From Clostridia bacterium (GTDB lineage: Bacteria; Bacillota; Clostridia; TANB77; CAG-465): a DNA stretch of 64,000 nucleotides. Under the pieces are notes generated by a model that saw nothing but the letters and a program-made list of their open reading frames with translations, was not told the origin of the DNA and did no database searches. The position numbers were made by a program, and so were the translations under genes. Location: the NCBI GenBank assembly GCA_045534225.1, contig JAZSJJ010000008.1, positions 843-64,842 on the forward strand, given 5' to 3'. Shown here one piece after another: positions 19,592-29,595 of the stretch (position 1 is the first letter of the stretch; every line of letters starts with the position of its first letter).

Positions 19592-19620
19592 TTGCAAAAT
19601 ACTGGAAGGTGTAGTAAAAT
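19592..19620 (+). promoter_or_regulatory. Putative sigma-A promoter of the rimP-nusA-infB operon
   Basis: TTGCAA -35, 17-nt spacer, TAAAAT -10. Confidence 0.45.
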
Positions 19621-19648
19621 ATTAATTGTCAGTAAGAGAAATGCAAAA

Positions 19649-19673
19649 TGAGAGGACGGAAGTCCTCTCATTT
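19649..19673 (+). other. Leader hairpin TGAGAGGAC-GGAA-GTCCTCTCA (attenuator, or terminator of the collagen-like gene)
   Basis: 9-bp perfect stem followed by TTTG. Shares its GGAC/GTCC core with the hairpin at 19047. Confidence 0.45.
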
Positions 19674-19695
19674 GTGTAATTAAAAGGAGGGTGCT

Positions 19696-20151
19696 ATGTC
19701 TAAATTAACAGACAGTATTCATGCTGCCGTAACAGAGGATGTAGAAAGCTTAGGGTACACAGTAGAATACGTAGAAAATGTAAAAGAGGGCGAAAGCAAA
19801 ATATTAAGAGTTGTTATTGACAAAGAGAATACATCACTAACAACAGACGATTGCGAAATCGTAAGTAGAAAGATTGAGGATAAGGTAGATTCTTTAATGA
19901 AGGATGAAATGTACATATTAGAAATATCTTCACCTGGTCTTGAAAGACAGTTAAAGAATACTAAGTTATATATTAAATATCTTGGTTCTAACGTACATGT
20001 AAAACTATATAATAAAGTTGAAGATGTAAAAGAACTAGAAGGAATTCTTAAAGAAGCTACAGATGAGTACATTGTACTTGATGTAGAAGGAAAAGAAATA
20101 AAAATTGAAAGAGAAAATATTACGTGTGCAAACACTGTATATGAATTTTAG
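19696..20151 (+). CDS. rimP: Ribosome maturation factor RimP
   Basis: 151 aa, DUF150 pattern. Position upstream of nusA. RBS AGGAGGG. Confidence 0.85.
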   Translation: MSKLTDSIHAAVTEDVESLGYTVEYVENVKEGESKILRVVIDKENTSLTTDDCEIVSRKIEDKVDSLMKDEMYILEISSPGLERQLKNTKLYIKYLGSNVHVKLYNKVEDVKELEGILKEATDEYIVLDVEGKEIKIERENITCANTVYEF

Positions 20152-20166
20152 GAGGAGATTAGAAAA

Positions 20167-21246
20167 ATGGCAAAGGTAAGCAAATCAAAAGCAAGTGCAG
20201 CAGAATTATTAGAAGCACTAGATGAGTTACAATCAGAAAAGGGAATAACTAAGGAGTACATGATAGAATCATTAAAATTAGCATTAGAAGCAGCATATAG
20301 AAAAAACTATGAAACTGAAGAAAATGTTAAAGTAGATATTGATGAGGATACTGGTATAGTTTCAGTATACGCATTGAAAACTATTGTTGAAGAAGTGGAT
20401 AACCCTGATCTTGAAATAAGCTTAGAAGCAGCAAAGTTAATAAGCAAACGTTCTAAAGTTGGTGGAGAAATTAAATTAGAAGTTACTCCAAAGAACTTTG
20501 GTAGAATTGCAGCTAGTGCAGGTAAACAAATAATAATTCAAAGATTAAGAGAAGCTGAACATGATTTAGTTTATACACAATATAGCGATAAACAAGGCGA
20601 AATAGTTATAGGTGTTGTTCAAAGAACAGACAAAATGGGTATGATAGTTGACCTTGGTAGAGTAGAAGCTTTAATACCTTCTAAAGAATTAGTACCAACA
20701 GAAAGATTTGAAACACACGAAAGAATTAAAGCTTATGTACAAAAAGTAGATGACTCTGCTAAATTTGGGCCACAAGTAGTATTATCTAGACGTGATCCTG
20801 GATTTGTTAAAAAATTATTTGAACTAGAAGTTCCAGAAATAGAAGAAGGAATAGTTGAAATAAAAGCAGTAGCAAGAGAAGCTGGTCTAAGAAGTAAAAT
20901 AGCTGTATGGTCAGATGATGAAAACATAGATCCAGTAGGAGCATGTATTGGTAAAAAAGGTATAAGAATAAATACAGTATCTGAAGAATTAAACGGAGAA
21001 AAAATTGATGTTATACCATATAGCGATGACGTTCCAAGCTTTATAGTTAACGCATTATCTCCAGCAGGAATAATGGCAATAGATATTAACGATGAAGAAC
21101 ACATTGCAACAATAGTTGTTCCAGATGACCAATTATCTTTAGCAATTGGTGCAAAAGGACAAAACGTAAGACTAGCAGCAATACTTACAGGATGGAAAAT
21201 AGATATTAAGACAAAATCAGAAATAGAAAACAGAATAGTTGAATAA
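20167..21246 (+). CDS. nusA: Transcription termination/antitermination factor NusA
   Basis: 359 aa with an N-terminal domain, S1 and two KH domains. Conserved operon position. Confidence 0.95.
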   Translation: MAKVSKSKASAAELLEALDELQSEKGITKEYMIESLKLALEAAYRKNYETEENVKVDIDEDTGIVSVYALKTIVEEVDNPDLEISLEAAKLISKRSKVGGEIKLEVTPKNFGRIAASAGKQIIIQRLREAEHDLVYTQYSDKQGEIVIGVVQRTDKMGMIVDLGRVEALIPSKELVPTERFETHERIKAYVQKVDDSAKFGPQVVLSRRDPGFVKKLFELEVPEIEEGIVEIKAVAREAGLRSKIAVWSDDENIDPVGACIGKKGIRINTVSEELNGEKIDVIPYSDDVPSFIVNALSPAGIMAIDINDEEHIATIVVPDDQLSLAIGAKGQNVRLAAILTGWKIDIKTKSEIENRIVE

Positions 21247-21262
21247 GCTATAAGGAGAGTTC

Positions 21263-21514
21263 ATGATAAAACAAAGAACTTGTGTAGCATGTAGAACTAA
21301 GAATACCAAAGATAATTTGTTAAGAATAGTAGCAGATGAAAATGGTAATGCGGTTTTAGATGAAACACAAAAAATGAATACAAGAGCAATATACATTTGT
21401 AATAACAAGAATTGCATAAATAGATTGTTAAAAGCAAAAGATATTACTAAATGTGTAAAAATAAAAGTAAAACAAGAAAGTATACAAGAATTATTAAGAA
21501 ATTTGGGGGAATAA
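21263..21514 (+). CDS. ylxR: YlxR/RnpM family RNA-binding protein (DUF448)
   Basis: 83 aa. CVACR motif near the N-terminus. Sits between nusA and infB. Confidence 0.8.
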   Translation: MIKQRTCVACRTKNTKDNLLRIVADENGNAVLDETQKMNTRAIYICNNKNCINRLLKAKDITKCVKIKVKQESIQELLRNLGE

Positions 21515-21517
21515 GAT

Positions 21518-24343
21518 TTGGGAAAAATTAAAGTAAGCGAATTAGCTAAAAAAGTTAATATGGCAGAAGATGTAGTAATAAAGAAGTTAAAAACATTTGG
21601 AGTTAATGTAGAAAATGGTGCAAGTATGGTAGAAGAATCATACGCTAGTAAATTAAGTGGAAGTACACCTCACATAATACGTAGACAAGTGAAGGTTGTA
21701 ACTACTGATGAATCTGGTAATAAAGTAGAAAGAATAACTACTAATGCAGGCGGAACAATTCAAAAGAGTGTTGTTCGTGAAAAGAAACAAGAGAAACCTA
21801 CATATAGCAAAGAAGGTCTAGGTGTTGTTAGAAGTAACAGAAATAGAAACAACAATAGAATGCAAAATATAGTAGTTACTCAAAATGGTAAAAAGGTAGA
21901 ACCTAAAGTAGAAGCAAAACCAGTAGTAGAAGAACCAAAAACTCCAGTAGTAGAGAAAGTACAAGAAAAAGTTGAAACTAAACCTATGGAAAAACCAGAG
22001 GCTAAAGTTTCTGCACCTAAAGCACCAGAAAATAAAGTAGAAACTAAAAAATATCCAGAAAACAAACCTGGATTTAACAGAGACAATAAAGATAATAGAG
22101 AAAACAAATTCCAAAATAGAGATAATAATAGATTTAACAAAGATAGAAAAGAAGGCGTAAATGGTAACAGACCATTTAACAAAGGACCAAGAAACCAAGA
22201 AGGTAGAAATGGTGAAAGACCAAACAAACCAAATTTCCAAAATAGAGATAATAATAGAAGTGGAACAAACACTGGATATAGAGTAAATAAATTCATCAAA
22301 GAAACAATAGATGATACAATTCAAAAAGAAACAAGAGATTACTCTACAACATTAATAGATAAGAAAAAATATAATTCTGAAAGAGCAGAAAAACCTGAAT
22401 CTACAACAAAGAGAGCAGCTAAAAATGCTAATGAAATTAGAGAAAAGAATACTAGAATGGAATTTAGCAAATTTAGAGGTATGTCAGTTTCTGAAGAAGG
22501 CTTAATGGATCTATATGATAGAGGAGAAAACAGAAAAGGTAAAGCAAAAGCTAAAAAGCAAAAAGTAGAGATGAATACTACTAAGATAATACCTTTAACA
22601 GAAGTTGAACTTCCAGAATCTATGAGCGTTAAAGATTTCGCAGAAAAATTAAAGAAACAAGCATCAGAAATAATTAAGAAACTATTCTCAATGGGAATAC
22701 TAGCAACAGTAAACCAAGAGATAGATTTCGATACAGCATTTTTAATAGCATCAGAATTTGGAATTAATGCAACTAAACAAGTTGTAGTAACAGAAGAAGA
22801 TGTGTTATTTGATGATTCGGAGGATAACGAAGAAGATCTAGAAATCAGACCACCAGTTGTAACAATAATGGGACACGTTGACCATGGTAAAACATCATTA
22901 CTAGATAAAATACGTTCATCAAATGTTACAGCAGGAGAATCTGGTGGTATTACACAACATATTGGTGCATACAAAGTTAAAATCAATGGTCGTGAAATCG
23001 CATTCTTAGATACACCAGGACATGAAGCGTTCACAGAAATGAGAGCAAGAGGTGCTCAACTTACAGATATAGTTGTAATAGTTGTAGCAGCAGATGATGG
23101 TATAAAACCACAAACAGTTGAAGCAATTAACCACGCTAAAGCAGCTGGAGTATCAATAATTGTTGCAATCAACAAGATAGATAAAGATACAGCAAACGCT
23201 GAAAGAGTAAAACAAGATTTACTTGAAGTTGGTCTTGTTCCAGAAGAATGGGGTGGAGATACAATCTGTGTACCAGTATCTGCAAAAACAGGTAATGGAA
23301 TAGAAAATCTTCTTGAAATGATTCTTCTAGTAGCAGATGTAAAAGAACTTAAAGCTAACCCTAACAAACAAGCTAAGGGTACAGTTATAGAAGCAAAACT
23401 AGACAAGACTAAAGGACCTCTAGCAACAGTACTTGTACAAAGAGGTACATTAAATGTTGGAGATACAATAGTTCTTGGAGATACAATTGGTAGAGTTCGT
23501 GTAATGACAAACGATAAAGGAGAGAAAGTTAAAAAAGCAGGACCTTCTACACCAGTTGAAATCTTAGGTTTAGGTGCAGTTCCTGAAACAGGAGATACAT
23601 TCTATGAAGTTAAGGATGAAAAGACAGCACATAAATTAATAGAAAAGAGAAAGGCACAACATAGATTAGACCTTATCAAGAAAGGTAGCGCAGTTACTCT
23701 TGATGATTTATTTAGCAAGATTAAAGACGGCGAATTAATTAATCTAGATGTTGTACTTAGAGCAGACGTTAAAGGTTCTGCAGAAGCAGTTAAAGAATCA
23801 TTAGAAAAATTATCTAATGATGAAGTAAGAGTAAGAGTTATAGCATCAAATACTGGTGAAATAACAGAATCAGATATCACTCTTGCAAAAGTATCCAACG
23901 CAATTGTTATAGGATTCAATGTTAAAGCTAATGGAAATGTTCAAGCTATGGCAGATAAAGAAAAAGTAGATTTAAGACTATACAAAGTTATCTACGATGC
24001 AATAGAAGATGTAGAACTAGCTATGAAAGGTAAAGTTAAACCTAAATACAAACAAGTGGATATTGGTAAAGCAGAAATTAGACATATATTCAAACTTTCT
24101 ACAGCTGGTATTATTGCAGGAAGCTATATACTAGAAGGTAAAGTAGTAAGAAATGCAATGGCTAGACTTGTAAGAAAAGGTGAAGTAATTCTTGAAACTA
24201 AGATAGAATCAGTAAAACGTGAAAAAGACGATGTTAAAGAAGTAGCAGAAGGATACGAATGTGGTATTAAAGTATCTGATTCAAATGAAATCAAAGAAGG
24301 CGACATTCTAGAATGCTATGAATTAGTTGAGGAGAAAAAATAA
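21518..24343 (+). CDS. infB: Translation initiation factor IF-2 (TTG start)
   Basis: 941 aa. G domain motifs GHVDHGKT, DTPGH and NKID. Low-complexity N-terminal region. GGGGGA RBS before the TTG. Confidence 0.95.
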   Translation: MGKIKVSELAKKVNMAEDVVIKKLKTFGVNVENGASMVEESYASKLSGSTPHIIRRQVKVVTTDESGNKVERITTNAGGTIQKSVVREKKQEKPTYSKEGLGVVRSNRNRNNNRMQNIVVTQNGKKVEPKVEAKPVVEEPKTPVVEKVQEKVETKPMEKPEAKVSAPKAPENKVETKKYPENKPGFNRDNKDNRENKFQNRDNNRFNKDRKEGVNGNRPFNKGPRNQEGRNGERPNKPNFQNRDNNRSGTNTGYRVNKFIKETIDDTIQKETRDYSTTLIDKKKYNSERAEKPESTTKRAAKNANEIREKNTRMEFSKFRGMSVSEEGLMDLYDRGENRKGKAKAKKQKVEMNTTKIIPLTEVELPESMSVKDFAEKLKKQASEIIKKLFSMGILATVNQEIDFDTAFLIASEFGINATKQVVVTEEDVLFDDSEDNEEDLEIRPPVVTIMGHVDHGKTSLLDKIRSSNVTAGESGGITQHIGAYKVKINGREIAFLDTPGHEAFTEMRARGAQLTDIVVIVVAADDGIKPQTVEAINHAKAAGVSIIVAINKIDKDTANAERVKQDLLEVGLVPEEWGGDTICVPVSAKTGNGIENLLEMILLVADVKELKANPNKQAKGTVIEAKLDKTKGPLATVLVQRGTLNVGDTIVLGDTIGRVRVMTNDKGEKVKKAGPSTPVEILGLGAVPETGDTFYEVKDEKTAHKLIEKRKAQHRLDLIKKGSAVTLDDLFSKIKDGELINLDVVLRADVKGSAEAVKESLEKLSNDEVRVRVIASNTGEITESDITLAKVSNAIVIGFNVKANGNVQAMADKEKVDLRLYKVIYDAIEDVELAMKGKVKPKYKQVDIGKAEIRHIFKLSTAGIIAGSYILEGKVVRNAMARLVRKGEVILETKIESVKREKDDVKEVAEGYECGIKVSDSNEIKEGDILECYELVEEKK

Positions 24344-24726
24344 TGAGAACAGAAAGAGTAGATGAAGATATTAAGTATTACATAGATAAAATACTTAGAG
24401 AAAACATATCTAAATTTACAGATTCAGGCATAATAACTGTAACTTCAGTAAAGACAACTAAAGACTTAAGATATTCTAAAGTCTATGTGAGTATATTTGG
24501 AACAAAATATACTCACCAAGTCTTTGATAGACTAGTTAAGAATGCTGGATTTGTAAGAAAGAATTTAGCATCTATGCTTAAAGCAAGAAATATTCCAGAC
24601 ATAGTATTTGAACTAGACGATTCTATGGAATACGGTTCAAAGATGGAAAGAATAATTAATGAAGTAAGTGCTAAAGATAGACAAAACAGAGAAGCACACG
24701 CAGAACAAGAAGAAATAGAAGAGTAA
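24343..24726 (+). CDS. rbfA: Ribosome-binding factor A
   Basis: 127 aa with KH-like RbfA sequence. The start overlaps the infB stop. Confidence 0.9.
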   Translation: MRTERVDEDIKYYIDKILRENISKFTDSGIITVTSVKTTKDLRYSKVYVSIFGTKYTHQVFDRLVKNAGFVRKNLASMLKARNIPDIVFELDDSMEYGSKMERIINEVSAKDRQNREAHAEQEEIEE

Positions 24727-24746
24727 TATAATTTAAGGGGTATAAT

Positions 24747-25700
24747 ATGGAATTTGAAAAAGCTAAGTTATTAATAGATAATGCAAAAACAATATGTTTG
24801 GTTGCGCATAAGAAACCAGACGGAGATGCGGTAGGATGTGTGGGAGCGATGTACCATTTTCTAAAAGAATTAGGAAAAGATGTGTATATGGTAATGCCGG
24901 ACATAACACCTAAATTTGGTTTTTTGCCAAATGTTAATGAAATGGTAAGTAGATTTCCAGAGGATAAAGAATTAGACCTTTTAATATGTCTAGATTGTTC
25001 AGAAATAGAAAGAAGATCTAGCATACACGAAGAAGACTTAAAGAAAGCAAAGAAAATATTAGTAATAGATCACCATATGAATTCTTCAGAAGAAGGTGAT
25101 TTAAGAATAATAGATAGCGAAGCTCCAGCCAATGCGGAAATTGTGTACAAGCTAATAAAATATATTAAGCCTACAATTTCCAAAGATGTTGCAACTTATT
25201 TATATGTTGGTATTATGACAGACACGGGCAGTTTTAGTTACGAAAGAACTACTGGAGAGACATATAGAGTTGCAGCAGAATTAGTAGATACAGGCGTAGA
25301 ATTATCTAAAATATGCAAAAAATTAAACGATACATATTCTGAATCTAAAATGAAACTAGTTGCTAAAGTAATTGCTAATATGGAAACATATGCTGAGGGT
25401 AAAATACGTGTTAGTTTATTAGATAAAGAAGAACAAGAAGAAATAGGTGCAACAGAAGAGGATGTAGACGGGTTAGTTACATATCTAAGATGTATAGAGG
25501 GCACAATAGCTGCTGTATATATTAGATGGACTAAAGAAGGCGAATACAAATACAGTATAAGAACAGAAGAACCAATAGATGGTTCTGAGGTAGCTAGAGC
25601 ATTTAATGGCGGCGGACATAAGAGAGCTGCTGGGTTTGAAACAACAAATCTTAAAGAAACTAAAGAGAAATTAATACAAATGTTGGAAGGGTTGTTGTAA
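24747..25700 (+). CDS. nrnA: DHH/DHHA1 phosphoesterase NrnA (oligoribonuclease/pAp phosphatase)
   Basis: 317 aa. DHH motif IDHH, C-terminal DHHA1 GGGH. Conserved position after rbfA. Confidence 0.8.
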   Translation: MEFEKAKLLIDNAKTICLVAHKKPDGDAVGCVGAMYHFLKELGKDVYMVMPDITPKFGFLPNVNEMVSRFPEDKELDLLICLDCSEIERRSSIHEEDLKKAKKILVIDHHMNSSEEGDLRIIDSEAPANAEIVYKLIKYIKPTISKDVATYLYVGIMTDTGSFSYERTTGETYRVAAELVDTGVELSKICKKLNDTYSESKMKLVAKVIANMETYAEGKIRVSLLDKEEQEEIGATEEDVDGLVTYLRCIEGTIAAVYIRWTKEGEYKYSIRTEEPIDGSEVARAFNGGGHKRAAGFETTNLKETKEKLIQMLEGLL

Positions 25701-25702
25701 AG

Positions 25703-26578
25703 GTGAAAATAACAGGAATACTTAATATTAATAAACCTGCAGGTATAACATCTTACGATGTTGTAGATGTTATTAAAAAGTTATTTATAGGTTCAAAAGT
25801 TGGACATACTGGTACATTGGACCCAGTTGCCACAGGCGTATTACCAATACTTATTGGAGATGCTACAAAGCTATCAGATAACTTGACTGCGGAGAATAAA
25901 GCATATAGAGTAAAAATGTTACTAGGTGTAGAAACAGATACCTATGATATAACAGGTAAAATAGTTTCAGCATCAGTAGTAAACAAAGACGAAATATATA
26001 TTCGTGAAAGAATAAAAAGATTTATAGGGGTTCAAGAACAGACTCCGCCACAGTACAGTGCAATAAAAGTATCAGGCAAAAAAGCATACGAATATGCACG
26101 CGAAGGTAAAGAAGTTGAACTAAAAGCAAGAACAATAGAAATTTATGATATAAATAATATCGCAGTAGACTTAAAGAAACGTGAAGTAATGTTTGATGTG
26201 TATTGCACAAAAGGGACATATGTAAGAAGTCTTGTAAACGATATAGGAAGAAAACTTGGTTGCGGTGCAACTATGATAGACCTAATAAGACTTAGAAATG
26301 GTAACTTCTTTATAGAAGACAGCATAGCTTTATATGATTTCTTAAAATTAAATTTTGAGGATATGAAAAAACACATAGTACCTATAGAAGATTACTACGA
26401 TGACTTAAAGAAAATAAATATGTTAAAGGATGAATATACTAAATTCTTAAATGGAGTAAAACTTCCATATGATGAACAAGACAAACTTGTAAAAGTATAT
26501 TATAATAACAAATATAAAGGCTTAGGTCAAATAAAAGATGGAATACTAAAAAGATATTTAATAGAGAACGAGGAATAA
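25703..26578 (+). CDS. truB: tRNA pseudouridine(55) synthase TruB (GTG start)
   Basis: 291 aa. Catalytic Asp in the GHTGTLDP motif. Confidence 0.9.
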   Translation: MKITGILNINKPAGITSYDVVDVIKKLFIGSKVGHTGTLDPVATGVLPILIGDATKLSDNLTAENKAYRVKMLLGVETDTYDITGKIVSASVVNKDEIYIRERIKRFIGVQEQTPPQYSAIKVSGKKAYEYAREGKEVELKARTIEIYDINNIAVDLKKREVMFDVYCTKGTYVRSLVNDIGRKLGCGATMIDLIRLRNGNFFIEDSIALYDFLKLNFEDMKKHIVPIEDYYDDLKKINMLKDEYTKFLNGVKLPYDEQDKLVKVYYNNKYKGLGQIKDGILKRYLIENEE

Positions 26579-26594
26579 AACTCGTTTTTTATTT
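26566..26594 (+). terminator. truB operon terminator
   Basis: AACGAG...CTCGTT hairpin followed by T6. Confidence 0.7.
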
Positions 26595-26676
26595 TACCTT
26601 GCATTATACAAATAAAAATAACTTGCAAATTTATCAGTCTTGTATTATTATATAGTTGTTAAGAGGAGGTACAAAT

Positions 26677-27675
26677 ATGATATTATTAACAGGTGGCCTA
26701 GGATATATAGGCAGTCATACATGTGTAGAATTACTTAAAAGAGGCGAAAGAATAGTAATAATGGATAATTTGTCTAATAGTAGAGAAGAAGCAATGGATA
26801 ACATTAAAGCGATATCTAATGCTGGCTTTATTTTCTACAAAGCAGATTTATTAGATAAAGAATCTATGAGAAAAATATTTAGAGAAAACAAAATAGATGC
26901 AGTTGTTCACTTTGCAGGATTAAAAGCAGTAGGTGAATCTGTAGCTAAACCGTTAGCATATTATAAAAATAATGTGGAAGGCACATTAAATCTATTAGAA
27001 GTTATGGAAGAGTTTGGGTGCAGCAGAATGGTATTTAGTTCTTCTGCAACAGTTTATGGTTCTCCTGAAAGAGTGCCAATTACAGAAGATATGCCACTAT
27101 CTACAACTAATCCATATGGAACAACTAAGCTTATGATAGAACAAATACTACAAGATTATGCTAAAGCAAATAAGCAATTTAAAGTTGCAATACTTAGATA
27201 CTTTAACCCAATAGGTGCTCATGAGTCAGGTGCAATTGGTGAAGATCCAAATGGTATACCAAACAACTTAATGCCATATATAGCAAGAGTTGCAAGTGGT
27301 AAATTAGAATGCCTAAGCATATATGGAAACGATTATCCAACACATGATGGTACAGGCGTAAGAGACTACATACACGTAGTAGACTTAGCTAAAGGACATC
27401 TAAAAGCATTAGATAGACTTTCTAAAGATGATACGGGTGTGTTTATATATAATCTTGGTTCTGGTAGAGGATACAGTGTATTAGATATAGTTAAAGCATT
27501 TGAAAAAGCCAATGGTATAAAGATTAACTATAAGATAGTTGAAAGAAGACCTGGAGACATAGCTAAATGTTATGCTGATTCAACTAAAGCATGGAAAGAA
27601 CTTGGCTGGAAAGCAGAAAAGACATTAGAAGACATGGTTAGAGATGCTTGGAATTTTGAACAAAAACATCGTTAA
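26677..27675 (+). CDS. galE: UDP-glucose 4-epimerase
   Basis: 332 aa. GGxGYIGSH Rossmann motif and YxxxK catalytic residues. AGGAGG RBS before the ATG at 26677. The track ORF starts at an upstream TTG that covers the RBS. Confidence 0.9.
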   Translation: MILLTGGLGYIGSHTCVELLKRGERIVIMDNLSNSREEAMDNIKAISNAGFIFYKADLLDKESMRKIFRENKIDAVVHFAGLKAVGESVAKPLAYYKNNVEGTLNLLEVMEEFGCSRMVFSSSATVYGSPERVPITEDMPLSTTNPYGTTKLMIEQILQDYAKANKQFKVAILRYFNPIGAHESGAIGEDPNGIPNNLMPYIARVASGKLECLSIYGNDYPTHDGTGVRDYIHVVDLAKGHLKALDRLSKDDTGVFIYNLGSGRGYSVLDIVKAFEKANGIKINYKIVERRPGDIAKCYADSTKAWKELGWKAEKTLEDMVRDAWNFEQKHR

Positions 27676-27682
27676 AATATAA

Positions 27683-27715
27683 AAAACGGAGTAGAAAAAC
27701 TACTTCGTTTTTTCT
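27683..27715 (+). terminator. galE terminator
   Basis: ACGGAGTAG...CTACTTCGT stem followed by T6. Confidence 0.6.
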
Positions 27716-27873
27716 TATTATATGTGTTTGACATATAATATTATATATGATAGAATACACTTAAATAAGGGGTAGACATATAGGAAAACTATGTCTAAAA
27801 ATGTAAAAAGTTGCAATTTGTATTCGTTTGTGGTATAATAGAAATTGTGATTGAAAAGGAAGGTGTAATTATA

Positions 27874-28920
27874 GTGAAAAAAGGGAGTGCCCTCAGAACA
27901 CTAAGATTCATATTTATAACAGTCGTATTATTTGTACTTTCATTTAGTGCAGCAGTAGTAACAGTGCTAAATGTTTATGTACCACAATATATAGCAAAAA
28001 TAGATGGAGAACAAGTTGGATATTTTACAAGTCCAGCAGAATTCGATGAAGTTTATGAAAAAATAGTTGATGAAAAAGAAGCTGATGGTTTAGAAGTTAA
28101 AGTGTATTTACCAGCTGAACCAGAGTTTGAATTAACATATGTTGTTGATTCTGTTACAGAAGAACAAAACTTATATACAAATATGAGAGCTTTTGTTAAA
28201 ACAGAATATACAACATACAATGTAAATGTAAAAGGTAAAACAGAACTTACATTTGCAACAGAAAAAGAAGCAGAAGATTATGCTAAAAAAATAAAAAATG
28301 CAGTTAAATCTACAGTTAAATCTACGGTTAAAGTAGAAAAAACTACAAGCGAAGAATTAGTTTCTACGACTACTAAGGCTTCGGCTAAAAAGATTTATGA
28401 TAATGTAGTAAGCAGATATAAACCAGTTGTTAGAACATATAGCCCTACATATTGGGTAAGTTCTGGTAAAACAAAATATGGAAATAAAGCATCTGGTGCA
28501 TTGCATTCGTTTATAGCTGGTGGAGTAAAACCAACGACAGGTGTAGTAACACAAAATTACGGCCCAAGCGCATATTATGCAAGTGGTATGCACACAGGCA
28601 TAGATATAGCAAGTAAGGGAAGTAAATATGTTCCAATATATGCATATAAAGCTGGTACAGTAGTAAATGCAGGTTGGAATGGTGACTATGGTAAATGTAT
28701 AATCATAAGCCATGGTAAAGATGCAAATGGTAATGAACTTCAAACATTATATGCTCACTGTAGTAGTATTAATGTTGTTAAAGGCCAAACAGTAGCTATG
28801 GGACAACAAATAGCTAATATGGGTACAACAGGTCGTTCAACAGGTGTTCACTTACACTTTGAAATAAGAGTATTAGGTGGAGGAAACAAAACATTCTATA
28901 ACCCAGCATATTACATTTAA
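27874..28920 (+). CDS. Membrane-anchored M23/LytM family metallopeptidase
   Basis: 348 aa from the GTG at 27874 (RBS AAGGAAGGTG). N-terminal signal anchor. Intact Zn motifs HTGIDIA and HLHFEI. Confidence 0.8.
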   Translation: MKKGSALRTLRFIFITVVLFVLSFSAAVVTVLNVYVPQYIAKIDGEQVGYFTSPAEFDEVYEKIVDEKEADGLEVKVYLPAEPEFELTYVVDSVTEEQNLYTNMRAFVKTEYTTYNVNVKGKTELTFATEKEAEDYAKKIKNAVKSTVKSTVKVEKTTSEELVSTTTKASAKKIYDNVVSRYKPVVRTYSPTYWVSSGKTKYGNKASGALHSFIAGGVKPTTGVVTQNYGPSAYYASGMHTGIDIASKGSKYVPIYAYKAGTVVNAGWNGDYGKCIIISHGKDANGNELQTLYAHCSSINVVKGQTVAMGQQIANMGTTGRSTGVHLHFEIRVLGGGNKTFYNPAYYI

Positions 28921-28935
28921 TAAATTAAGATAGTT

Positions 28936-28966
28936 AAACAAACCCGAAAGGGTTTGTTTTTTGTTT
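28936..28966 (+). terminator. Rho-independent terminator
   Basis: AAACAAACCC-GAAA-GGGTTTGTTT followed by a T-run. Confidence 0.8.
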
Positions 28967-29045
28967 ATACAACTTATTGCATAAAAATAAAATATGTTAT
29001 AACATAAATATATAAGGTAATTTTTTAATGTTTATGGAGGGATAT

Positions 29046-29402
29046 ATGAAAGATTTTACAAATAATAATCATAATGTTAATGAATTTGCATATAAAGATG
29101 AAGCTAGAGTACGCGGTGTCAGCTTAAAAGGACTTGCTGTAATATTGATAATAGTTTTTGTTATGTTCAGTCAAATAGCAGAAGAACTTAACTTGGATTT
29201 TAGTATAGGACCTAAAGAATACACTATATATGAAATAGAAGATATGGCAGAAGAATTTTGGGAAGACGCAGAAGATTTAGGTTACAGCAAATATAGGAGA
29301 GAAGATTATGCAATAGATAAACTAGAAGATATGGGTGTAGAAGTAGAAAGATATAATATAACATTTGATTATTGGGGAGAAGCGAGAGTAGAAGCTAAAT
29401 AA
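29046..29402 (+). CDS. Hypothetical small membrane protein
   Basis: 118 aa. One TM helix, acidic C-terminal region. GGAGG RBS before the ATG at 29046. Confidence 0.45.
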   Translation: MKDFTNNNHNVNEFAYKDEARVRGVSLKGLAVILIIVFVMFSQIAEELNLDFSIGPKEYTIYEIEDMAEEFWEDAEDLGYSKYRREDYAIDKLEDMGVEVERYNITFDYWGEARVEAK

Positions 29403-29423
29403 CAATGTAAAGCTAAATTAAAT

Positions 29424-29462
29424 AAACATATTAAGATTTGATCTTAGTATGTTTATTTTTTT
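29424..29462 (+). terminator. Terminator upstream of the dcw cluster
   Basis: About 14-bp stem with a TTG loop, followed by ATTTTTTT. Confidence 0.7.
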
Positions 29463-29518
29463 ATACAGATTACTGAGTAAAAATTTTAATAAATTTTAAT
29501 ATTTTTATAAAAAAGGTA

Positions 29519-29546
29519 TTGCAATTATATACTTATTTGATATAAT
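29519..29546 (+). promoter_or_regulatory. Pmra-like sigma-A promoter
   Basis: TTGCAA -35, 16-nt spacer, TATAAT -10. Confidence 0.55.
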
Positions 29547-29550
29547 TGGA

Positions 29551-29581
29551 GTGTAAGTGGATGAAAGTGGAGCAAAGTGGA
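29551..29581 (+). promoter_or_regulatory. MraZ operator: GTGGA direct repeats at 10-bp periodicity
   Basis: GTGTA-N5-GTGGA-N5-GTGGA-N5-GTGGA lies between the -10 and the mraZ start. This matches the known MraZ-binding arrangement of GTGG(G/T) repeats with 5-nt spacers. Confidence 0.6.
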
Positions 29582-29595
29582 GGAGGTGTAAAACC

